This document shows positions 16,437 through 26,654 of a stretch of 33,708 nucleotides of DNA, one piece after another. A program made the translations under genes and the position numbers. The stretch is from Candidatus Bruticola sp. GTDB taxonomy: Bacteria; Vulcanimicrobiota; Xenobia; Xenobiales; Xenobiaceae. The notes under the pieces were generated by a model. The model did no database searches. It had not been told where the DNA came from and saw nothing but the letters and a program-made list of their open reading frames with translations. Numbering within the stretch: position 1 is the first letter of the stretch; every line of letters begins with the position of its first letter. The stretch spans positions 1-33,708 of the forward strand of contig JBJEGD010000016.1 in assembly GCA_051874735.1 (NCBI GenBank), read 5' to 3'.

Positions 16437-17663
16437 TTAGGCGTTCATATTCATAATTGACTGATAGAGGGGCAAGAACACGGAAAGAAGTATGAAGCAG
16501 ACCATCATACCCATACCGCCAATCATAACTGGTTCTAACAAGCTCAGCATGCCTTCCAAAGCGTAAACTACTTCTTTATCGTAGAAGTCGGAAACTCGAG
16601 AGAGCATACGCGGCATTTCACCAGTAGTTTCACCTACGGCCATCATACTTTGTACCATGCTGGGGAAGAACTTGCTGTCTTCAAGGATAGAAGACATCGC
16701 CTGACCTTCTTTTATACCGTCTATAAGGGGGATAATGATTACCTCTTTAAAGTAATCGTTACCGGAGAAGTCTTGAATAATTTCTAAGCTTTTTACGACC
16801 GGAACACCGGTGGCCAAGAGTGTAGATAGAATACGGCAAAACTGAGCGACTAAGAGTTTTTTGTTAAGCTCACCGAAAATTGGCACCGTCAGTTTAAACT
16901 TGTCAAACTTAAATTTACCAGTAGGCGATTCCAGGTAAGAGCGAACAAAAACCATGTAATAAATTGCCAGCAAAGCTATTGTTAAATAAGTTAGCGGGTT
17001 CTTAGTAAGATTAGTTAAGAAGAACATAATCTTGGTGGGCAGAGGTAAGGCATCCGTGCCAACCGACATTTGAGTAAAGACGTCGAGCAGAGGAGGCATG
17101 ATATAGAAGAAGATGCCGGCAATAACTAAGATACTGAACACTAAGATTAACGTAGGATAAGTCATAGCTGACTTAGCTTTTTGCCTAATGTTTAAATCGC
17201 GCTCCAAGAAACCCGCTAAACGATCTAGGAGTGAACCTATATCACCAGTAGTTTCACCCACTTTAATCATAGATACGTAGAGAGTGTCAAAAGCATCCGG
17301 ATGCTTAGACATAGCCCAAGAAACCGTGGAACCAACGCGCACATCGTGCAGGACTTGTGCAAGTATGGGCTTTAACTTAGGATCTTCTTCTTGATCGTGG
17401 AGCACAGTTAGCGCTCTGTCCATAGAAAGTCCGCCTTTGACCAGAGCTACCATTCGTCTGGTCATCATTACAACCGACTCTCTCTTCAGTGACTTTAAAT
17501 CGCCCAGAAAACCGAGAGGATTAAACTTCTGCGGAGTAATTTCTATAATTTTTAGTTTGCTGGAAGTTAAAGTATCAATGGCCAAATTTAGATTTACAGC
17601 TTCAATAGTACTATTGATGATCTTGCCGTCTCTGGTTTGGGCCTGATACTGATAGATTGGCAC
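16437..17663 (-). CDS. pilC: Type IV pilus / T2SS inner-membrane platform protein (GspF/PilC family)
   Basis: Two T2SSF repeats: YVSMIKVGETTG, KSAMTYP, LLATGVP, MMAVGETTG, LLEP, FLPLY; GTG start with GAGGAG RBS. Confidence 0.92.
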   Translation of the reverse strand: MPIYQYQAQTRDGKIINSTIEAVNLNLAIDTLTSSKLKIIEITPQKFNPLGFLGDLKSLKRESVVMMTRRMVALVKGGLSMDRALTVLHDQEEDPKLKPILAQVLHDVRVGSTVSWAMSKHPDAFDTLYVSMIKVGETTGDIGSLLDRLAGFLERDLNIRQKAKSAMTYPTLILVFSILVIAGIFFYIMPPLLDVFTQMSVGTDALPLPTKIMFFLTNLTKNPLTYLTIALLAIYYMVFVRSYLESPTGKFKFDKFKLTVPIFGELNKKLLVAQFCRILSTLLATGVPVVKSLEIIQDFSGNDYFKEVIIIPLIDGIKEGQAMSSILEDSKFFPSMVQSMMAVGETTGEMPRMLSRVSDFYDKEVVYALEGMLSLLEPVMIGGMGMMVCFILLSVFLPLYQSIMNMNA

Positions 17664-17885
17664 TTTAAAAATCTCCTCGGAAGCTATCCGTCTAATCCCG
17701 CAACGGATGATTTACCGTCGGCAAGAACTTGGGCTGTCACTTCGCATAAACATAAAAAAAGCCTTCTAAAATGGGAATTTTACGATTGTTTGTGAAATAT
17801 TATTTGCAATTTTTCCTATCCTTCAGCTGACAAGAACTAAAGAAAGTTATCCCAGTTGTTTAGCAGATCCGAAAAAGCATAACAT

Positions 17886-19724
17886 TTATTTTGTATTATC
17901 CGTTTGGATCGGTTCTAAACCAAGCAGATAACGGAAAATATCATTAAGCAAGAACTGCATATTGGCATTCTTGACAGTAATACTTGGGGTAAACTGCATC
18001 TGGCAGATAATATATTCACCTTTACCTTGTCTAACCATACCGACGATGGTTGCTTCTAGTTTACTCTGCATATTGGTACACCAAATAAGGCGCTCATTAA
18101 ACTTCTTGCCATCGACTGAAAGAACAACCTCTTTGCCGGTGTAGAGCTTGGCTAAATGTTTAATGCTGTCCGATTTTACGTTGGTCAGCGTCTCTTTTTT
18201 GAAGTCGAAGAAGAATCCTTGGTTATCTTGAGTCATAGGCATTTCTTCCAGTTGATAAGGCAGATCGCCATTAGACTTCTGAGGATGGTACATAACTAGT
18301 ACTCTGCCGCCTTCTTCAACATAGGCGCGGATCAAGAAGAGATAATTGTGAATAAATTGGAAAGAATCTGGAGCTACTACTATCGCTCTAGGACGGTAGC
18401 TGGTATCTTCAGTTGCGCCTTTACCTAAGAAATTGCGCTCTTCGCTGACTACCTCAGAACTGAAAGCCACAGTGCGGTAGCCCATTTTGCTGAGCATTTC
18501 TGCAAAGCGGCCATCTTCCTCATCGACAACTATAAGTTCATCAGAAAATTCTTGGCGGCTTACGCGGTAAAGAATATAACGGAAGCCCAAAACCACCAGA
18601 CATAAGCACAGCAGAGATACAATATTGCGCATCCCTTTGCTGAGCAGTACAGGTTTAACATTGCTGATGAAGCCTTCTAAAGAATATTTACTGTAGCGTG
18701 AGGCCTTTGCTTGTTCTTCTTTTTCCTTAGCTTTAGCCGCTTTAGCTTCGTAATCGATATCTGGATCACTCAACTCGGCCATAAATACAGGCAGTCCGTT
18801 GCAGTTGATTTGAACTCGGTTGTAAATAGCGAAACGCTCTTGCCCTTCTTCTTGGTAGAAGCCGAGATAGAGGGCTGAAATAGTGCAGTTAGTTTCCGGA
18901 TTGTAGGTTTCGACTTGTAAAATCTGTTTTTGCTTTACATCGACCCAAAGTTTAGTAATAAATTGGGAATTCGACTCTCTGACTTCTAGAAGAGCACATT
19001 TTTTGCCCAGCACTGGAGCTTTATCAGAGAGAACTTTTATAGACTGAATATTGCCTTTTTTCTGTAGAATATAGGGAACTACAAAACTTAAAGGATGATT
19101 AGGTACAGAGCCGTAAGCTCTGGGGTCTAAGGCGGTATATTTGCTGGGAAGAGGTTTTAAACCTGGAGTCGGTTCGGGAGTGGGCATAACCCCATTATCT
19201 TCCGTTTGCAGAGGAAGAAGCTCTTGATAGGGAAGATCTTTATAGGAATTAGGCTTTTTTTCTATGTTGCGGATTCGTCTTAGGCCGGCGTAGGAGACTG
19301 TACCTCCTTTTACGGAAAAACACTGATATTCTAGCGAACCGTAATTTAAATAAATAGTTGCGCCGCCGCCAGCTTCTCCTTCACTACTGCAGAGCATACC
19401 AAAACAGGCAGGATGAGGAGTGTAAGCAGCCGCATCTTTGTCCCAAAAAAATTCTTTGAGAAAATCAGGATCTTGAATTACGAGATGGAGCTTAGCTCGG
19501 TAACTTTTGACAGCATCAGCACGATCAACCAAAACTTTGACTACATCATCTACTTCCAGACTAGGAATGTTAGTGGCCGCCGGTAGCGAAGTTACAAACA
19601 GCGTCAAGACAGCTGCGGCGATAAAGCTGACGAAATAGCTGTTTTTTAATGGATGAAAAAATTTTTTGAGAACAGATCTGCTGTTTTTGACCATATTTGC
19701 TGTTGAGGAAGCAGTCATACTCAT
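17886..19724 (-). CDS. Hypothetical membrane protein (exported LolA-like domain, TM helix, cytoplasmic alpha/beta domain)
   Basis: N-term hydrophobic segment; VLGKKCALLEV...KLWVDVKQKQILQVETYN; TM IVSLLCLCLVVLGF; IRAYVEEGGRVLVM. Confidence 0.5.
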   Translation of the reverse strand: MSMTASSTANMVKNSRSVLKKFFHPLKNSYFVSFIAAAVLTLFVTSLPAATNIPSLEVDDVVKVLVDRADAVKSYRAKLHLVIQDPDFLKEFFWDKDAAAYTPHPACFGMLCSSEGEAGGGATIYLNYGSLEYQCFSVKGGTVSYAGLRRIRNIEKKPNSYKDLPYQELLPLQTEDNGVMPTPEPTPGLKPLPSKYTALDPRAYGSVPNHPLSFVVPYILQKKGNIQSIKVLSDKAPVLGKKCALLEVRESNSQFITKLWVDVKQKQILQVETYNPETNCTISALYLGFYQEEGQERFAIYNRVQINCNGLPVFMAELSDPDIDYEAKAAKAKEKEEQAKASRYSKYSLEGFISNVKPVLLSKGMRNIVSLLCLCLVVLGFRYILYRVSRQEFSDELIVVDEEDGRFAEMLSKMGYRTVAFSSEVVSEERNFLGKGATEDTSYRPRAIVVAPDSFQFIHNYLFLIRAYVEEGGRVLVMYHPQKSNGDLPYQLEEMPMTQDNQGFFFDFKKETLTNVKSDSIKHLAKLYTGKEVVLSVDGKKFNERLIWCTNMQSKLEATIVGMVRQGKGEYIICQMQFTPSITVKNANMQFLLNDIFRYLLGLEPIQTDNTK

Positions 19725-19872
19725 ACTCCACTGTTACGGCTGCAAAAAGCTGTAGCTCTCTTATATAATAGCTGCAGCATCAGAGCTATTTAATCGTTGA
19801 ATTATCAACCCGTGTTTAATATTGCAATACCAACTAACTATAAACAAGCTGAAGAAAGGCGGAAAGCTCACT

Positions 19873-21123
19873 ATGAAACTCTTGAAGCGATTCTCCTATT
19901 ATATGAAAGCCGGAAGGGGGGAGCTTTTCTTTACTTTCTGTTTTTCCTCCTTTCTATTACTGTCGTCTTTGTGTTTAGCCAGCAGTCAAATAGGACAAAT
20001 TATAGGAAGCGTCAGAGCGATTTTATTGGAGCAGTCTATTTTTTATCCTAAAGAAGAACGATTGAATGAAGGTCTTAAGCGGGGAGTTCAAGAGATAATT
20101 CCTTCTCTAGAGTCATCCTTAACGCCCAACTCATTTAGTGCTCAGAATGTGGAGCGCACTTTTGCCTCTATTCAAAGTAGAGAACCTAGTTTAGCAGGTC
20201 CGGCGGGAGAAAAGGCTATAGAGCGCATGGTAGAAAGTATCGGCGATCCTTACACGGCTTTGTTAACTAAATCTGATATGGATAAAGACAAAATGATGGC
20301 TCAAAGTGGGCGTTTCGCCGGTATAGGAGTAGAATTAGCTTGGCGTGGTGGCTTGGTTGTAGTAGGTACTTTGCCCAATTCGCCGGCAGCCGCTTTTCTG
20401 CGTTCTGGAGATTTTATTGCTGCTATAGACGGACAACCTATTAAGGGACTGACTTTTTACAGAGCTGGCGATCTTTTGGCTGGAGAAGCTGGATCGACCG
20501 TTAATCTAAAAATAGTGCGCAGCGGCAGAACTCTGGAAGTAAATATAGTTAGAGCTGCTTTAAGCTTGCCTCCCGTTTCTGGAAAAATAATAGAATCAGG
20601 CATAGGATACTTGCAGATTGGCTATTTCTCTCCCACTACAGCCAATGAAGTTAGTCAAAATGTGAAAAAATTGACCGCTTCATCTGCTGTTAAATTAATT
20701 TTAGATTTGCGTTCCAATCCTGGAGGCGATTTTAAAGAGGGCTTGCGCACAGCAGCTATTTTTACTCAAGGAGAGTTGCTGAAAGTTAAAAGGAGGAGCG
20801 GTCTGAAGCGTATGAACAATTCTTACCCGCCGACTTTTAATGGAACTATTGCCGTGCTTACAGATAGCGGTACTGCCAGTTCTGCTGAAGTCGTCACAGC
20901 CGCTCTGCAAGGGCGTCCTAATGTAGTGGTTATAGGTCAAAAAACATTTGGCAAGGGATTAATTCAGACCCTGTATCCTCTTCCCGGAGGCTTTGGCTTG
21001 CGTGTAAGCACCGGTTTATTCTTAAGCAGGAATGGAGTAGCCATCAATAAAACGGGCCTAACCCCAGATATAAAGTCTGAATCAGCCTTAAAAGATGCTG
21101 TCGATTATTTACGTAAAAAATAA
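19873..21123 (+). CDS. ctpA: S41 family carboxy-terminal processing protease with PDZ domain
   Basis: GDPYT, FAGIGV, SPAA PDZ, LDLRSNPGG, catalytic TASSAE (Ser) and TFGKG (Lys); start uncertain. Confidence 0.9.
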   Translation: MKLLKRFSYYMKAGRGELFFTFCFSSFLLLSSLCLASSQIGQIIGSVRAILLEQSIFYPKEERLNEGLKRGVQEIIPSLESSLTPNSFSAQNVERTFASIQSREPSLAGPAGEKAIERMVESIGDPYTALLTKSDMDKDKMMAQSGRFAGIGVELAWRGGLVVVGTLPNSPAAAFLRSGDFIAAIDGQPIKGLTFYRAGDLLAGEAGSTVNLKIVRSGRTLEVNIVRAALSLPPVSGKIIESGIGYLQIGYFSPTTANEVSQNVKKLTASSAVKLILDLRSNPGGDFKEGLRTAAIFTQGELLKVKRRSGLKRMNNSYPPTFNGTIAVLTDSGTASSAEVVTAALQGRPNVVVIGQKTFGKGLIQTLYPLPGGFGLRVSTGLFLSRNGVAINKTGLTPDIKSESALKDAVDYLRKK

Positions 21124-21193
21124 GTAACAAGATTTAACCAGCCAATTAGAACTACGATAAGTTGTTGATGGGTGTAGGCAACTGTTAAACTAA

Positions 21194-22219
21194 CTAAGGT
21201 AAGCTCTTTTTCAACCTATCAGCTAAGAGCAGAGCTTGTTTGCGGGCTTTAAATTCGTTCAGATGGATCAATAGAGGCAAAAGTCGGAAGAGAATGCGCC
21301 TTTTGCCTCCTTTTTGCACTTGCAAATTGAGTCCTAGAATTTCCTTCAGTCTATCTTCCATATGTTTAAGATAAGGTGGGGCTGTTGCTTCCTGCCGTAT
21401 GGCTATATCGACTTCTGGGTACTGCCCTTTATAGGCAAAAATTTTATTTTTTTCCGCTTTAAAGTACGCCGCCATTTTTTCGTCTATATCGTTAATATCT
21501 TGTTTGGCAATGTGGCTAAGAACATCGCGCTCTAAAAGTTTTCCTAAAGATTGTTCTTTTTGAGTCAGATCGGTATAAAAAGCGGCTTTACGGAAAAAAT
21601 CAACAGGATCTTTTATAGAGGCATAATGATGGAAAACGTATGGCGCAGCTAGGCGTATACCTTGACGTCCGGAAAGTTGCTCATGTATGGAACGCTCCCA
21701 TTTCATATTTTTATGGTAGCGTACAAAAAGATCGTGACGCCGTTCTAATTTAGTGACATATTTGAAAGAATGAAAAAAACAGAGCCAATAAGCATCGAGA
21801 GTGCCGACATTGGGACTGAGATGGGGAATAATTTCTTTAGTGATAATTTCTAAATCGCTGGGAAAATGAACCTCATCGGCATCTAGACGCATCACCCACG
21901 ATGTCTCCGGAGGAAGCAGCTCAAACGTATGGTTGCGAGCTGAAGCGTAATCAGTAAATACACTTTCGGAGATACGCATGCGTTTTTCCTTGAAAAAACG
22001 GGAACTTTCCAAAACAGCTGTATTCTCTTCATAGCGTCCGTTAAGATCGACTACTATGTAATCGACGGCGTCAGCCGCTGATTCCAAACAAGCGCTTAAA
22101 AGAGGCTCTGGCTGAGCGCCCACTAACAAGGTCGCACAGATGAGCGGCTGACGTTTGGGAGGCTCCGGCAATATATTGTTACAGTTAGAATTTATCATCT
22201 CTGCGTTAGTATATATCAT
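21194..22219 (-). CDS. Glycosyltransferase family 2 protein
   Basis: CLESAADAVDYIVVD, DYASARN, WVMRLDADE (DxD), WERSIHE. Confidence 0.85.
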   Translation of the reverse strand: MIYTNAEMINSNCNNILPEPPKRQPLICATLLVGAQPEPLLSACLESAADAVDYIVVDLNGRYEENTAVLESSRFFKEKRMRISESVFTDYASARNHTFELLPPETSWVMRLDADEVHFPSDLEIITKEIIPHLSPNVGTLDAYWLCFFHSFKYVTKLERRHDLFVRYHKNMKWERSIHEQLSGRQGIRLAAPYVFHHYASIKDPVDFFRKAAFYTDLTQKEQSLGKLLERDVLSHIAKQDINDIDEKMAAYFKAEKNKIFAYKGQYPEVDIAIRQEATAPPYLKHMEDRLKEILGLNLQVQKGGKRRILFRLLPLLIHLNEFKARKQALLLADRLKKSLP

Positions 22220-22232
22220 ATAAATTTATAAT

Positions 22233-22270
22233 ACAAAAAAACTGCAGACCTCAATAGCTGCAGTTTTTGT
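22233..22270 (-). terminator. Intrinsic terminator after carD
   Basis: aaaaactgcag / ctgcagttttt inverted repeat. Confidence 0.65.
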
Positions 22271-22340
22271 ACTTAATATATGCTGATATGATTATGTGTC
22301 AATTATATATATTGTATTTTGAAGGCTTAAAGACAGAAAA

Positions 22341-22847
22341 CTAGCTTAGGGAAAAAACACAACTGCCGTCTTCGTTGCGGCATATTTCGTCTATTTCTGA
22401 CTCAATGGCCTCTTCATCGCGGTTAGTTATAAAACTGAATTCAATGGCTAAAGTCTTACGGGCTTGCTTTAGCATTTGTTGTTCTTTGGGGGGTAGTTTG
22501 TGATCTTTAGAAAAAACGGTCAGATCGCGGATAACTTCGGCTAGTTGATAAATATCGCAGCTTTTAACTTTGCGCAAATTAAAGTTGTAACGATCTGAGG
22601 AACGAGTAGGTAGGGTGCTGTCGGCAGTCTTCAAATGGGAAACAATTTTTAGTATTTCGTCTTTGTCAACTAAAGGTCTGATCATAGCATTTTTTTTGCT
22701 TAGATTGACTTTTATCTTAAGACGATCATTTTGAAACGATATGCAGGCAAAATCACAGTCTTGATCCAGAATCACTTCGTGTTCGATGCTCTCTACAGTG
22801 CCAAGACCGTGAAGTGGATGCATAACTTTACTTCCGACACTAAACAT
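22341..22847 (-). CDS. carD: CarD/CdnL family RNA-polymerase-binding regulator
   Basis: MFSVGSKVMHPLHGLGTV, IRPLV, LAEVIRDL, EQQMLKQARKTL. Confidence 0.9.
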   Translation of the reverse strand: MFSVGSKVMHPLHGLGTVESIEHEVILDQDCDFACISFQNDRLKIKVNLSKKNAMIRPLVDKDEILKIVSHLKTADSTLPTRSSDRYNFNLRKVKSCDIYQLAEVIRDLTVFSKDHKLPPKEQQMLKQARKTLAIEFSFITNRDEEAIESEIDEICRNEDGSCVFSLS

Positions 22848-22972
22848 TATTCATTACTCCTGTTGCTTGTGAGATCTGCTTAGGCGTTAGACTTGAGAGC
22901 ACTGCGCCTACAGATCTCTGCATAATTAGTATTGAGCAGCCGCTTTGCCGCGTCGCTGCCCAATATTAGAAA

Positions 22973-23914
22973 TTAATTTTTGAATTGTTCAAGTTTGGCC
23001 AGCGTTAATTCGGGGTGTACAGCCATAGAGGTCTGTAAGGTCAGAGTGGCACACAACACACCGCGCTCCACAGCTTGACGGAAGCTTAAACCTTCTAAAA
23101 GACCGCACACCGCTCCGGAAGTCAGGGCGTCGCCTGCGCCGACCGTATCAGTTACAACTGTCGAGATAGAGGGAATAAATTCTATTACATCTTGTCCGTT
23201 ATCACGGTTGGCAATTAAGACTCCTTCCGGTCCCAAAGTTATAATGACCCATTTTACACCGCGGTTAAGCAGCTCTGAACCGGCTTGTTTGACGTCGGCA
23301 GCACTGCGCAGAGGGAAACCGACTAAAACTTCAGCCTCTTCACGGTTAGGGGTTACCATAGTTATTTGGTCTAGGAAGGGGACTATCTGCTTAGCTTTAG
23401 AAACTGAAATAGGTTCTACACAAATAGGAATTCCACGTTTACTGCACTGTTCCAGACAGAAAACTAAAGTAGGAGTAGGCACATCGGCGTCAACTACTAC
23501 GAACTGAGCCGTATCAAATAGTTCCAGGTTTTTATTGATATAATCCGGAGTGAGCATCTTGATAATATCAAGATCTGACACGGCCGATTCTAAATCACCA
23601 TAATGGTTTAATATAGCCAGAAAGATACCGGTGCGCTGCTCTTTGGATATTAACACCCTGCTAAGATCGACGCCTGCGGAACCTGTTATATCTAGTATCT
23701 GCCCTCCGTAGAGATCATCACCAATCGCGCTAAGCAATGTAGCTTTGATATTCATTCGAGCTAAATTTTCTGCGATATTGCGAGCCACACCGCCTGCTGT
23801 AGTGCGAACCATACCTGGATTTGAAGTCTTAGCCACATGATAAGAACAAGTGTGGCCTTTTATATCCAGGTTGGCGGCTCCTATAACGAGCGCACTGCTC
23901 TGAGGGGTCTCCAT
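22973..23914 (-). CDS. PfkB family carbohydrate kinase, pseudouridine kinase (YeiC/PsuK)-like
   Basis: VIGAANLD, GGVARNIAENLARM, TPNREEAE, ITLGPEG, DTVGAGDA. Confidence 0.85.
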   Translation of the reverse strand: METPQSSALVIGAANLDIKGHTCSYHVAKTSNPGMVRTTAGGVARNIAENLARMNIKATLLSAIGDDLYGGQILDITGSAGVDLSRVLISKEQRTGIFLAILNHYGDLESAVSDLDIIKMLTPDYINKNLELFDTAQFVVVDADVPTPTLVFCLEQCSKRGIPICVEPISVSKAKQIVPFLDQITMVTPNREEAEVLVGFPLRSAADVKQAGSELLNRGVKWVIITLGPEGVLIANRDNGQDVIEFIPSISTVVTDTVGAGDALTSGAVCGLLEGLSFRQAVERGVLCATLTLQTSMAVHPELTLAKLEQFKN

Positions 23915-24235
23915 AACTTTGCCTCCGCGTGATAGTATTGTCTAAGTGAACCTAATAAAGGCACACTAGTCCATTTACTTAGCCTCGGCGAACTTAAACA
24001 GACAGCCCAACATTTTGCAGCGACAAGCCTGCCTGAGCCTCTTGCTTCTCAAATACCTCTTTTACATATGATAAGCAAGAAAGTTAGTACAACTGTCTGT
24101 CTTTGTGCATTTAGACGTTAACAAGCCTATTGCAGAAAAACAGACTGCGCCGATTCATCTGCCGCGCCGTTATGGAGCGAAAGAATTCTCAGCGCATTGA
24201 TAAAGTGCCGATGTTAAATAAACAATCCCAGCGTC

Positions 24236-24259
24236 TTTTAGGCAAGTTCTTGCCTAAAA
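24236..24259. promoter_or_regulatory. Perfect palindrome, candidate operator
   Basis: TTTTAGGCAAG-tt-CTTGCCTAAAA in the holA-pfkB intergenic region. Confidence 0.35.
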
Positions 24260-24319
24260 CTTTTTCTCCCTTCTTGCTTAACTATTTGCTTTAAAATAAA
24301 TTTTTAAAATTAAAAATAG

Positions 24320-24346
24320 AAAAAAAACCGAAAAATCGGTCTTTTT
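24320..24346 (-). terminator. Weak intrinsic terminator downstream of holA
   Basis: accga/tcggt stem flanked by A and T tracts. Confidence 0.35.
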
Positions 24347-24440
24347 AGCCTAAGAATGCTTCCCGATATATACAACAAAATATAGCGAAAGACACGGTAA
24401 ATGAATCGTCAAAAATTCATTTAAAGTTATGGAACGGCAA

Positions 24441-25472
24441 TCAGCGGCGGTTAGTCAGACGAAGCGTTAAAAGTTGCATAGTCAATATTGGAGAGGCTCC
24501 TGTTTTGAGGCGCCAATCGGCTTGGCATAAACTCTGAAAGGCTGAACGCAAATGGTCTTCTCTCCAAGAACGAAGATCTTCTAAAGAACGTCTAATTTGA
24601 ATCTCTTTTTTGTCTTGAAGATGCTGGGCTAAAATTTTTAAGTTATAGCCGTATTTTTTGGTTAAGTCTTGAATTTGAGCTAAAGAACGCAAATAAGTAT
24701 TGATGTAAGAGAGTAGAGTAAGACTGCCGCGCTGAGCATTATCTTCTAGAAGAGAAGCGCAGGCTTGCATGGCTCTGGGGGTATTTTTGCTGGTGACAGC
24801 TTCAGTATACTCCCAAGCTTTTACTTCGTTACTTTTGTGAACCGTACGGCATACGTCGTCAACGGTGATAAGCTGTTTATCGCCAACATATATAACAAGC
24901 TGCTCAAGTTGGACGCTGAGTTCAAATAAATTGGAGCCGCTGCGATTTTGTAATTCTTGTACAGCTCTGCTTTCGGCTCGGCAGCCGCGCTCTTTTAGAA
25001 AATGGTTAATCCAGCGAGGAATAGCGTAAAGGGAAATGCTGCAGCTAATTTCTTGGGCCCAATCTTGCGCCCAGGTTTTTAACTTACTCTTAGAATTTCT
25101 TATGTCGTCATGACTAATCAGACATATTATGCAGCTGCCTTCTTTGATAGTCTCTTTGAAGGTATCTTCTATTTTATTTACAGTTGACGAAGATAAACTT
25201 TGATAGCGGTGCAGCTCCAGAAGGCGTTTGTCGGCTAACATGGGTAGCTCTCTCAAAGCTTTGATGAGATCGGCAGCTTTAGTTGAGTTGGTGCAGTCTA
25301 TCGAAGTGTGATTAAAATCGCTGAAATCGCTGTCAATGATAGACTCTCGCAACAGCTGCAGCACCTTAGACGTTAAATACTCATCGGAACCTTCCAAAAT
25401 ATAGGTTGGCGCTGAAGGTATTTTTCTCGTTTCTAGTAGGCGCAGAGCCTCTTCTTTCTCTAGGCGGGACAT
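24441..25472 (-). CDS. holA: DNA polymerase III delta subunit
   Basis: YILEGSDEYL, DFNH, LPMLADKRL, GSNLFELSVQLEQL, ADWRLKTG; ~345 aa. Confidence 0.88.
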   Translation of the reverse strand: MSRLEKEEALRLLETRKIPSAPTYILEGSDEYLTSKVLQLLRESIIDSDFSDFNHTSIDCTNSTKAADLIKALRELPMLADKRLLELHRYQSLSSSTVNKIEDTFKETIKEGSCIICLISHDDIRNSKSKLKTWAQDWAQEISCSISLYAIPRWINHFLKERGCRAESRAVQELQNRSGSNLFELSVQLEQLVIYVGDKQLITVDDVCRTVHKSNEVKAWEYTEAVTSKNTPRAMQACASLLEDNAQRGSLTLLSYINTYLRSLAQIQDLTKKYGYNLKILAQHLQDKKEIQIRRSLEDLRSWREDHLRSAFQSLCQADWRLKTGASPILTMQLLTLRLTNRR

Positions 25473-25514
25473 AATTGAGCACACTCCGCGATTTCAACGA
25501 TTAAAGAAAACAGT

Positions 25515-26537
25515 TTACTTGGCCATAACTGCAGCAAAATCAAAGGGAGGGCGGAAGACTCCTCTTTCAGTAATGATAGCCGTAATCAATTGGGCGGGAG
25601 TTACATCGAAGGCCGGATTAGATACTTCTATTCCTTCTGGAGCTATACGTTTTGAGCCTATAAAGGTCAATTCTTCAGCCCGGCGCTCTTCAATAGGAAT
25701 ATCTTTTCCATTGTGCAGATTTAAATCTATAGTTGAATAGGGGGCCGCCACATAAAAAGGAATATTGTGTTCCTTGCAAAGTACGGCCACACTGTAGGTA
25801 CCTATTTTGTTAGCGACGTCGCCGTTAGCTGTAATGCGATCTGCACCGACCACAGCCATATCGATTTGCCCTCTCTGCATAAAGTGTCCGGCCATATTAT
25901 CGCAGATTAAACGCACAGGTATATTATCTTTATGCAACTCCCAAGCGGTGAGTCGGGCTCCCTGTAAAAAAGGACGTGTTTCATCAGCCCAGACCATATT
26001 AACTTTACCATCTTCAAAGGCAGCTCTAATAACGCCTAGAGCTGTACCGTAATCGGCGGTGGCTAGAGCTCCGGCGTTGCAATGAGTTAATATGCGCGCA
26101 TTGGGAGGTACTAAGGAAGCCCCATGTTTGCCGATAGTTCTGCACATATCTTCATCTTCTTGGGCTATTTCCTTAGCGCGCTTAACTAGGGCTAAAACTA
26201 TTTCTGCCGGTTCTTTCAGATTTGTCCAGACCTTTTCCATCTCTTTAATGGCCCAGAATAAATTAACGGCAGTAGGACGAGTCGCCCCTATAAGTTTAGC
26301 TGCTTCAGCTAACTTAGTTTTTAATTCTGCTTCGCTTAATTGATCATTGTTAAGGGCCGCTAAAGCTAGGCCATAAGCCGCACTTACTCCAATGGCTGGA
26401 GCTCCGCGCACTTTCATAGTTTCGATAGCCCAGGCTATCTTTTCTGGAGTAGAGCAGCTTATCCAAACTTCTTCAGTTGGAAGCAAGGTTTGATCGATTA
26501 ATTCAGCATGATCGTCGCACCAGATAATGGGTTTCAT
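25515..26537 (-). CDS. mtnA: S-methyl-5-thioribose-1-phosphate isomerase
   Basis: DQTLLP, VRGAPAIG, TRPTAVNL, LTHCNAGALAT, DETRPFLQGARLT, NKIGTY; ATG 26537 with GAGGA RBS. Confidence 0.95.
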   Translation of the reverse strand: MKPIIWCDDHAELIDQTLLPTEEVWISCSTPEKIAWAIETMKVRGAPAIGVSAAYGLALAALNNDQLSEAELKTKLAEAAKLIGATRPTAVNLFWAIKEMEKVWTNLKEPAEIVLALVKRAKEIAQEDEDMCRTIGKHGASLVPPNARILTHCNAGALATADYGTALGVIRAAFEDGKVNMVWADETRPFLQGARLTAWELHKDNIPVRLICDNMAGHFMQRGQIDMAVVGADRITANGDVANKIGTYSVAVLCKEHNIPFYVAAPYSTIDLNLHNGKDIPIEERRAEELTFIGSKRIAPEGIEVSNPAFDVTPAQLITAIITERGVFRPPFDFAAVMAK

Positions 26538-26654
26538 AAAGTTGTTTGTCCTCGCAGTATATTTGCAGATTGGTATCAACAAGCAATTGGCCCTAATCGA
26601 AGATACATACTTTTGAAGGCCAGTTAGTTTTTTTCCCTGAGTGGGGAAAAAATT

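Noticed and set aside
17664-17885. c-di-GMP-I riboswitch before pilC (GACAGCC...TTGCC on the minus strand)
   Set aside because: The GGCAAA / GAAA tetraloop / GACGCAAAG elements are absent
22973-26537. PfkB kinase plus MtnA as a methylthioribose/5-deoxyribose salvage operon
   Set aside because: They are separated by holA, a probable terminator and 526 bp; the kinase motifs fit the pseudouridine-kinase type
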